A DNA stretch of 64,000 nucleotides from Candidatus Kuenenia stuttgartensis (GTDB taxonomy: Bacteria; Planctomycetota; Planctomycetia; Pirellulales; UBA1268), in NCBI GenBank assembly GCA_945897435.1, contig CAMDFJ010000001.1, forward strand, positions 13,072 to 77,071. Direction: 5' to 3'. Below, piece after piece: positions 57,416 through 64,000 of this stretch (positions within the stretch are counted from its first letter, which is position 1; every line of letters begins with the position of its first letter). The notes under the pieces were generated by a model, which was not told where the DNA came from, searched no databases, and saw nothing but the letters and a program-made list of their open reading frames with translations. The translations under genes and the position numbers were made by a program.

Positions 57416-59491
57416 TTACTCGCCAAGCAGGGTGTCGATGGCGGAGGCTGGATCACTGAAGTCCATCTGCAGCACGGGCAGGCCGCGCTGCTCACCGGCG
57501 ATGACAAACTTCCGTCGTTCGGCGAGGCCCTCCGAGAGCACCTCGAGAAACCGCCGCATCCGGTAGTAGTCGGGCGACTTCTCAAACGCCATCAATTCGC
57601 CGCTGAACCGCTCCTGGGCGCTCCGCTCGCCCACGGCCTTCGTCCAGCGATAGCCCTTTGCCGCATGAATCATCTCGGCCGCCTCGCCGCGGGCGTCGCC
57701 GAGCAGCGTCTGGATGTCGAGTTCCTTCTCGGCCACGAGTTGGCGGCGTGCCTCCGGGTCGGAGGGCATCTCCGTCGCCGTGCCCGACCTCAGGCCGTCG
57801 AGTTCGAGGATCGCGGCATTGATCCGGTTGCTGTGGTCCACCGAGCCGGCCACCTTGGCGAGGGTGACGACAGCGTCCCGTTGGCCCTCCTGGATCAGGG
57901 TTTCCCGCTGCTGCTGGGCTCCGATCTGCTGGTGGAACGCCCGCGACACCTTGCCCCCCGGCGGCTTGAGCGTGGTCACGGAGACCCCGACGACGTCCAT
58001 GCCGAGCCCGAGGGAATCGAGCCGATTCTGGATCTGTCGTTCGAGAATCTCGCCCCCCTCGGTGCGACCGAGCGTGAGCAAGTGATCGATGTCGTGGCTG
58101 GCGAAATAGCGGCTCGCCTCCTGCTGCGCGATGACGGTGATCGCCTCCTTCGGGCCCATCGAGCCGGCGAGGAAGTCGATCAGGTTGCGGACCCTGTACT
58201 GCACCACGACATCGGCATTCACAAGCGCCATGCCGCCGCCCGTCCCCTCGGCGGGACCGGCATGTCCGACCCTGGAATCGAGGGCGGTGGGGTAATACTC
58301 CATTCCCACCTTGGCGGCGTTGTCGTCGCCACCCGTCCAGAGGATCGCCTGCTCTTCCGCACCGCGTCCGACCGGGTCGCTCGACACCGTGATCTGCAGC
58401 ACCTTGCCCACCGGATAGGTCGAAGCCGTCTCGAGCGGCCAGGGCAGTTTCAGGTGCATTCCCGGTCCACGGGCCTCTCCCTGGATCGCCCCAAACCGCA
58501 GGATCACGCCCTGCTCGTCGGGGCCGACGATGACGAGCGTGCTCAGGGCCATCAACACCGCGCCAGCCAGGATCGCCAGCGGCGTCACGGCCCGGCCGAG
58601 CAGTTGATAGAGCCAGCTCCGCGAAACCTCGACGCCAAACTGGTAGTTGATCAGCTCGCCGACGACCTTCCCGAGCGATTCTGGGGCCGTCAGCAGGCCG
58701 AGAACCCGGCTGTCAAACGCCGGCCGGGGCATTTCGCCGGGACGCTTCGGACGGTAGGCGGCGAGCAGTGATGTGAGCAGGATCTCGACCCCGACCAGCA
58801 CCATCACGGCGGGCACGGCGACGGCGACGATCCGGAAGAAACTCGTGTCATTGAGGATCGAGGCCACGATCCCGCCGGCGAAGACGAGGGCCGCCAGCAC
58901 GAAGCAGCTCATCAGGTAGCTGGCCCCGCCGCGGAGCAGCTGCCAGGCCCGGACCCGCGTGTAGCCGCTGATCCAGCGGGCGGAGATGAAGGCCACGAAG
59001 GCGATCGCTCCGGAGACAAACATCAACGCCACTGGATTCACATCGGCCGCGATCGTCATCCCCGACGGGGTGTCGCGGCCGGCCAGCGTCGCCAGCCTCC
59101 AGAAGAGGGCCAGCCCGGCCAGGATCAGATAGCCCGCGACGAGGAAACTCACCGCCGGCAGGCCGTAGCCGATCAGGTTTGCAAGCCGCTGTCGGGCCCG
59201 CTGCAACTCATCCGAGAGGTCGCCAAAGAGCACCGACGAGGCGGCGTCCTGGGTCGCCAGCCGTTCCGATGCAAGCGTCTCCCGACGCTCCGCCTCATAC
59301 TGGTTGTAGACCAGGGCGAGGATGATCCAGATCGGCAGACCAGCGAGGAAGTGCCAGGTCGCGGCCTGCACGGCCGGGCTTTCCGTCCAGAGGCCGACGA
59401 TCCCCATGGCGACCGTCAGGGCCACCTGGATCACGAGTCCGGCGATGGCTGCCGTGGTGCCACGGCGGAATGTAAGTTGGTCGTCGTGCAC
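57416..59491 (-). CDS. Fusion protein: ~300-aa polytopic membrane domain + SPFH/band-7 (HflK-like) domain
   Basis: GTG start at 59491. About 7-8 hydrophobic helices, then VIVGPDEQGVILRFGAIQGEARGPGMHLKLPWPLE (SPFH core) and a coiled-coil C-terminus. Confidence 0.7.
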   Translation of the reverse strand: MHDDQLTFRRGTTAAIAGLVIQVALTVAMGIVGLWTESPAVQAATWHFLAGLPIWIILALVYNQYEAERRETLASERLATQDAASSVLFGDLSDELQRARQRLANLIGYGLPAVSFLVAGYLILAGLALFWRLATLAGRDTPSGMTIAADVNPVALMFVSGAIAFVAFISARWISGYTRVRAWQLLRGGASYLMSCFVLAALVFAGGIVASILNDTSFFRIVAVAVPAVMVLVGVEILLTSLLAAYRPKRPGEMPRPAFDSRVLGLLTAPESLGKVVGELINYQFGVEVSRSWLYQLLGRAVTPLAILAGAVLMALSTLVIVGPDEQGVILRFGAIQGEARGPGMHLKLPWPLETASTYPVGKVLQITVSSDPVGRGAEEQAILWTGGDDNAAKVGMEYYPTALDSRVGHAGPAEGTGGGMALVNADVVVQYRVRNLIDFLAGSMGPKEAITVIAQQEASRYFASHDIDHLLTLGRTEGGEILERQIQNRLDSLGLGMDVVGVSVTTLKPPGGKVSRAFHQQIGAQQQRETLIQEGQRDAVVTLAKVAGSVDHSNRINAAILELDGLRSGTATEMPSDPEARRQLVAEKELDIQTLLGDARGEAAEMIHAAKGYRWTKAVGERSAQERFSGELMAFEKSPDYYRMRRFLEVLSEGLAERRKFVIAGEQRGLPVLQMDFSDPASAIDTLLGE

Positions 59492-59677
59492 GTCAGAAAA
59501 CCCTTACTTTCGAGTGTAGCCTTCCAAAATCGGGCCGCAGCCGGGCGGGCGTTAGAACTTCATGAGCGATGCTGCCAATCCGGCCGCTGTCACCGATGAT
59601 GGTGATCAGAGATCTAAGGGCCCTGCTAGCGGGCCGTCTCGGCAGCCCCGAGAAAATCGCGGCCTCGGAGCACACGG

Positions 59678-60685
59678 ATGAACGTCCTCTCGATCGCCCG
59701 CAACGGATTCCTCGAATCGATCCGCCAGCCGGTGTTCGTGGTGCTTCTTTTGGGGGGGACGCTGGCAATGGTGCTGAACGTCAACCTCGCCGCCTTCACG
59801 CTCGAGGACGACAACAAACTCCTGATCGACCTCGGACTGAGCACGCTGTTCATCGCGGGTCTACTGCTCGCCGCCTTCACCGCCACGAGCGTGCTCTCGA
59901 GGGAGATCGAAAACAAGACGGTGCTCACGGTGGTGAGCAAGCCGGTCTCGCGGGCGTCGCTCGTGATCGGCAAGTATCTCGGCGTGGCGGGGGCGCTTGC
60001 GGTTGCCTACTGGGCGCTGTCCGTCGTTTTTCTGCTCGCCGTGCGTCACCGTGTCCAGTCGAGCGTGCGGATCGACGACACCTTCGACATGCCGGTGCTC
60101 GTCTTTTCGCTGCTCTTCGGCGGGCTTGCCCTTCTGGGGGCGGCCCTCGCCAACTATCTCTACCGGCGGCCATTTCCGAGCGTCTTCGCCATCAGTTATG
60201 CGATCGCGCTCACGATCGCCCTGGCGATCGTCTGCTGCGTCAGCCGTGAGTGGGCATTTCAGGATCCGCGGGTGGAGTGGAGGCCGCAGCTGATGATCGC
60301 CCTGGGGCTCGTCTTCCAGGCGATCCTGGTGCTGGCCGCGGTCGCGATCGCGGCCTCGACCCGGCTCGGGCAGGTGATGACGCTCGTCGTCTGCCTGGGG
60401 GCGTTTCTGGCGGGGCTTGTCAGTGAATACTTTCTCGGCACGCTCCTGACCGGCCCGGCCACCGAGGCAGGCGGCCCGGCTGCTTCGGGCCTGGCAAAGT
60501 CGCTGCTCTGGCCGCTCTATCTCGCCATCCCGAATCTGCAGTTTTTCTGGCCCGCCGACGCGCTCACGCAGGGCCACGAGATCACGCTCGGCTATTTCGG
60601 CAGCGTCACGCTCTACGCGGCGCTCGTGATCGGCGCTCTGATCAGCCTGGCTGTCTTGCTCTTCCAGCGTCGCGACGTGGGCTGA
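59678..60685 (+). CDS. ABC-2-type permease-like membrane protein
   Basis: MNVLSIARNGFLESIRQPVFVVLLLGG is a typical ABC-2/NosY-like N-terminus, followed by 6+ TM helices. Divergent from the SPFH operon. Confidence 0.5.
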   Translation: MNVLSIARNGFLESIRQPVFVVLLLGGTLAMVLNVNLAAFTLEDDNKLLIDLGLSTLFIAGLLLAAFTATSVLSREIENKTVLTVVSKPVSRASLVIGKYLGVAGALAVAYWALSVVFLLAVRHRVQSSVRIDDTFDMPVLVFSLLFGGLALLGAALANYLYRRPFPSVFAISYAIALTIALAIVCCVSREWAFQDPRVEWRPQLMIALGLVFQAILVLAAVAIAASTRLGQVMTLVVCLGAFLAGLVSEYFLGTLLTGPATEAGGPAASGLAKSLLWPLYLAIPNLQFFWPADALTQGHEITLGYFGSVTLYAALVIGALISLAVLLFQRRDVG

Positions 60686-60689
60686 GGCG

Positions 60690-62639
60690 ATGCGATCCGA
60701 GCCGTCCGCTTCGACCGCCGCAAACGCCTTCCTGCAGCGGCTGTTGGGGTCGCCATGGCTCGTCGGGGCGGGGTTCGCGGTGCTCGCCTTCGCGATCTTC
60801 TGGCCCTGCCTCGACGGTGGCCTGATCTGGGACGACAGCGGGACCTTCATTACCGAGAACAAACTCAATCGCGACCCGCTGGGCCTCTGGAAGATCTGGT
60901 GCTCCTTCACCGCCCCCGACTACTGGCCGCTGACCTACACGGCATTTTGGGCGGAGTGGCGGCTCTTCGGTGAGGCTCCCCGCGGGTATCACATCGTCAA
61001 CGTCCTGCTCCATGTGATCACCGCCCTGCTCGTCTGGGGCGTCCTCGAGCGGCTTTCGATCCGGCAGGCCCTGATCACTGCCCTCATCTTCCTTGCCCAT
61101 CCGCTCAACGTGGAGTGCGTCGCCTGGATCGCGCAGCAGAAGTCGTTGCTCGCGACGGCCCTGATGTTTGCGTCGGCTCTGGCCTATCTGCGTCGGGATT
61201 CCGGGTCGATTGGCGGCAAGGAGGGCAGTGCGACTGCCTGGTATGCGGCCACACTCTGCCTGTTCGTGGCGGCGCTTGCCGCCAAGACCTCTGTCGTGAC
61301 ATTCCCTCTGGCACTCCTCGGATATGAGTGGCTCTGGCGGGGAGCGGAGCGTCGGCGACCGCTGGCAACGCTCCCGTTCTTCGCGGTCGCCTTTCTGTTT
61401 GGTCTGCTCACCGTGCTCTGCAACCTGCATCACGGCACGTCCTCGGTGCACGACACAACCGCTCTGGAGAAGCTGATCAGGGCCTCATGGGCTGTCTGGT
61501 TCTATCTCTGGAAAACGGTCTGGCCGCTCGATCTCTGCTTCGTTTACCCGAAGTGGCGGGTCGATCCCTGGTCGCCAGCCGCGTGGATCCCGGGGTTTGG
61601 GCTCGTCTGCCTGCTGGGTCTGGCCTGGTGGTGCCGCGGATCCTGGGGCCGGCCGGCGCTGGCCGGACTGGGCTGGTTTCTGCTGCTGATCCTGCCGGCG
61701 TCCGGCCTCGTCGACATCTACTTCCTCAGTTTTGCCCCGGTCGCGGATCACTATGCCTACCAGTCGCTTCCAGGCCTGATCGCATGGCTGGTGCATGTCG
61801 CGACTGCCGGCATGGAAAGCCTGGCAGACCGAGTGGTGCCGCGGGCCCTCAGAATGCCCCTCATCGCAGGCCTGGCAACCCTGCTGGTTGCCGCATTCGC
61901 CTGGATCTCCCACGACGTCAGTCGCCGTTACGTTGACGAGGAGACGATCTGGCGGCATACGATCGCGCACAATCCCGAGAGTGAGGTCGCCTACAACAAT
62001 CTGGGCGCGATTGCCCGATCCCGCGGCAACGACGAAGAGGCGATCGCCTGCTTTCGGGAGGTCGTGCGGATTCAGGGCCAGGTCACCACGACGGCCCGGG
62101 GAACGGTCAACTACCGGGGCATGATTGCGCTCTCACACTATCGGGCAGGGCGGCTCGCGGAGGCGGCCCTGGAACTCGACGGCCTGCTGGCAAGCGACGC
62201 CTTTCAGAAGGGAAACCACGAGCCGAAAGGGATCGTGGGTATCGGCAATCTTCGCGGCAAGGTGGCCGAACTGCTCGGAGATTCCAGCCTCGCTGCCGCC
62301 TGCTATGCCAAGTCGTTCGACGTGCTGCAGGTCGAAAACACCGAGGCGGCGGGCTACTGTCTGCTCGCCGATGTGAGGCGGCGCTTTGGCGACCGCGGTG
62401 GGCAGGATGCCTATGCCGCCTTGTCGGACGTGACGGCCCGCTATCCAGGAACGCTCGCCGCCTCCCGGGCCCACCACGACGCCGGCCTGATCATGCTGCG
62501 GGCCGGCAGGCCGGCAGTCGCCGTGGCCCACTTTCGCAAGGCAATCGAACTCGAGCCCCGGGCCACCGATTCACGGGATCAATTGGCCGTGGCCGTCGAG
62601 GCTACCGCCAATGAGACGGAATCAGCGAACCCGAGATGA
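60690..62639 (+). CDS. TMTC/PMT-like polytopic glycosyltransferase (GT-C fold) with C-terminal TPR repeats
   Basis: IWDDSGTFITENK..., YWPLTYTAFWAEWRLFG, YHIVNVLLHVITALLVW and FLAHPLNVECVAWIAQQKSLL match the DUF1736/TMTC-type pattern. AYNNLGAIARSRGNDEEAIACFREVVRI is a TPR. Confidence 0.65.
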   Translation: MRSEPSASTAANAFLQRLLGSPWLVGAGFAVLAFAIFWPCLDGGLIWDDSGTFITENKLNRDPLGLWKIWCSFTAPDYWPLTYTAFWAEWRLFGEAPRGYHIVNVLLHVITALLVWGVLERLSIRQALITALIFLAHPLNVECVAWIAQQKSLLATALMFASALAYLRRDSGSIGGKEGSATAWYAATLCLFVAALAAKTSVVTFPLALLGYEWLWRGAERRRPLATLPFFAVAFLFGLLTVLCNLHHGTSSVHDTTALEKLIRASWAVWFYLWKTVWPLDLCFVYPKWRVDPWSPAAWIPGFGLVCLLGLAWWCRGSWGRPALAGLGWFLLLILPASGLVDIYFLSFAPVADHYAYQSLPGLIAWLVHVATAGMESLADRVVPRALRMPLIAGLATLLVAAFAWISHDVSRRYVDEETIWRHTIAHNPESEVAYNNLGAIARSRGNDEEAIACFREVVRIQGQVTTTARGTVNYRGMIALSHYRAGRLAEAALELDGLLASDAFQKGNHEPKGIVGIGNLRGKVAELLGDSSLAAACYAKSFDVLQVENTEAAGYCLLADVRRRFGDRGGQDAYAALSDVTARYPGTLAASRAHHDAGLIMLRAGRPAVAVAHFRKAIELEPRATDSRDQLAVAVEATANETESANPR

Positions 62640-64000
62640 TGCCGCGAGCCGATCGGCCTCGGCCTGCTCGATCTCCTCGCCGCAGCGGACGAGCCGGGCG
62701 GAGTTGAAGATCACGACCAGTCCGCTGGCGATGTGGAGGAAGGCCGCCGTCACGGGCGACACGTATCCCGCCCCGGCCAGCCCGAGAAAGACGACGATGA
62801 ACAGGGCCCCGATGATCATGTTCTGACGGATCACGCTGATCGTGCGGCGGGAGAGTTCGATCAGAAACGGAATCCGGTTGAGGTTGCTGTTCATCAGGGC
62901 GATGCTCGCCGAATGGATCGCCACGTCGCTGCCGGCGGCACCCATCGCGATCGAGATGTCGCCCGCGGCGAGGGCCGGGGCGTCGTTGACGCCGTCGCCG
63001 ATCACGGCCACGCGATGCCCCTTGGCCTTGAGTTCGTCAACCATTTCCAGTTTTTCGTGCGGCAGCACCTCGGCCTTGAACTCGCTGAAGTGCATCTGGT
63101 CGGCGATCCGACGGGCGACGCTTCTGCGGTCACCGGTCAGGATCACGAGCCGCTTGAGACCCAGATTCTTGAGCCGATCGACCGCCTCGGCCGCCTCGGG
63201 GCGGGCGTTGTCCTCGAGGCCGATCCAGCCGGCGAGCCGGCCATTTTTCACGACATAGAGCACGCTCATCCCGTCGGCATCGTCGCTCGACTGGATCCGC
63301 TCAACGGCGGCAACCTCGGCGTTGGAAAGGCCGGCGTCACCGGTCGTGAGCCATGAGCCGCGGCCGACCATGATCCGGTTGCCGTCGATCGTGGCGATCA
63401 CACCGCGGCCGGCGATCTCCTCGAAGGCCTCGGGGCGGGGAAGGGGGATGTTGGCCCGGCGGGCCATCTCGGTCACGGCCCGGGCCACCGGGTGGCGGCT
63501 GTCCTGCTCAGCCGTGGCCGCCAGTCGGAGGAGTTCGGCGGCCTCGACGCCCTCGACCGGGGCCAACCGGCTGACGGAGAGGATGCCGGTCGTCAGCGTG
63601 CCCGTCTTGTCGAACACGATCGCCGAGAGGTTGCGGGCCGCCTCGAGCGTGACCACGCTCTTGACGAGCACGCCGAGCCGGGCGGCGGCCGAGAGCCCGG
63701 CCACCATCGCCGTCGGCGTGGCGAGGATCAGGGCGCTCGGGCAGGCCACGACGAGCATCGCGATCGCCCGGCTGAAGGCGGTGTCGGGGTCGCTTCGCAG
63801 GGCAAAGAAGAGAACGATGCCGACGAGCATCAGCACCGTCGGCGTGTACCAGACGGCGTATTGATCGACGAGACGCATGATCGGCGTGCGGGTTCGCTCG
63901 GCCTGCAGGATCAGGTCCTTGACCCGTCCGAGGAGCGTGTCGCCGCCGGCCTTGGTGACCTCGATATCCATCACGCCGGTGAGGTTGATCGTGCCGCCGA
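62622..64000 (-). CDS. P1B-type (heavy-metal) P-type ATPase, 5' part lies beyond the window end
   Basis: VFDKTGTLT (phosphorylation site), GDGVNDAPALA and VACPSALILATPTA (a CPx-type TM6 motif, here CPS). The reading frame is still open at base 64000. Confidence 0.85.
   Translation of the reverse strand, partial: GGTINLTGVMDIEVTKAGGDTLLGRVKDLILQAERTRTPIMRLVDQYAVWYTPTVLMLVGIVLFFALRSDPDTAFSRAIAMLVVACPSALILATPTAMVAGLSAAARLGVLVKSVVTLEAARNLSAIVFDKTGTLTTGILSVSRLAPVEGVEAAELLRLAATAEQDSRHPVARAVTEMARRANIPLPRPEAFEEIAGRGVIATIDGNRIMVGRGSWLTTGDAGLSNAEVAAVERIQSSDDADGMSVLYVVKNGRLAGWIGLEDNARPEAAEAVDRLKNLGLKRLVILTGDRRSVARRIADQMHFSEFKAEVLPHEKLEMVDELKAKGHRVAVIGDGVNDAPALAAGDISIAMGAAGSDVAIHSASIALMNSNLNRIPFLIELSRRTISVIRQNMIIGALFIVVFLGLAGAGYVSPVTAAFLHIASGLVVIFNSARLVRCGEEIEQAEADRLAASSRVR

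Overview
This is a GC-rich, gene-dense bacterial chromosomal segment (roughly two-thirds G+C by eye, not computed). I support about 55 protein-coding genes. By eye I found no rRNA, tRNA, CRISPR array, transposase or integrase.

The domain content suggests Planctomycetota, which is an inference and not a database result. The relevant features are a YTV-repeat protein, an SHD1-domain secreted protein, a Tat-signal Gfo/Idh/MocA oxidoreductase, a class II RNR, and DUF721 between dnaN and gyrB.

Blocks from left to right:
- 1-9.1 kb: a partial cell-surface glycan cluster. It holds a DegT aminotransferase, a methyltransferase, an acetyltransferase, GT2 enzymes, an RgpF-like protein and a sulfotransferase. 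A vapBC cassette bounded by perfect 30-bp direct repeats interrupts it.
- 9.2-16.9 kb: sucCD and lutA / lutBC. The lut genes are split by an opposite-strand pair, a membrane-anchored GspE-like ATPase plus a CvpA-like protein.
- 17.2-19.8 kb: three same-strand genes for cysteine-rich exported proteins. One is an unannotated 48-codon gene whose predicted mature peptide is 13/30 Cys.
- 19.9-28.8 kb: a minus-strand string of FMO, bioF, an EVE-domain protein, a 1308-aa AsmA/TamB-like protein, a MobA-like protein and an aminotransferase.
- 29.0-29.4 kb: a self-contained unit (-35 box, leader, canonical intrinsic terminator) around a 21-codon lysine-rich ORF.
- 29.4-49.5 kb: RlmM-like, birA, two tandem paralogous beta-barrel-like proteins, an oxidoreductase, PfpI, nrdJ, DUF3748, an MFS transporter, the SHD1 protein, pgk, gyrB, DUF721 and dnaN.
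- 50-59.5 kb: a six-gene operon with three SPFH/band-7 paralogues, an ABC ATPase, an atypical large permease and a 640-aa unknown protein.
- 59.7-64 kb: an ABC-2 permease, a TMTC-like TPR glycosyltransferase and a partial P1B-type ATPase.

A REP-like hairpin element with core GACAGGCTTCAGCCTGTC occurs seven times, always between genes.

The ORF track starts ORFs at GTG and TTG as well as ATG. Several long track ORFs are antisense artefacts of the high GC content. I re-derived start codons from the DNA where stated.
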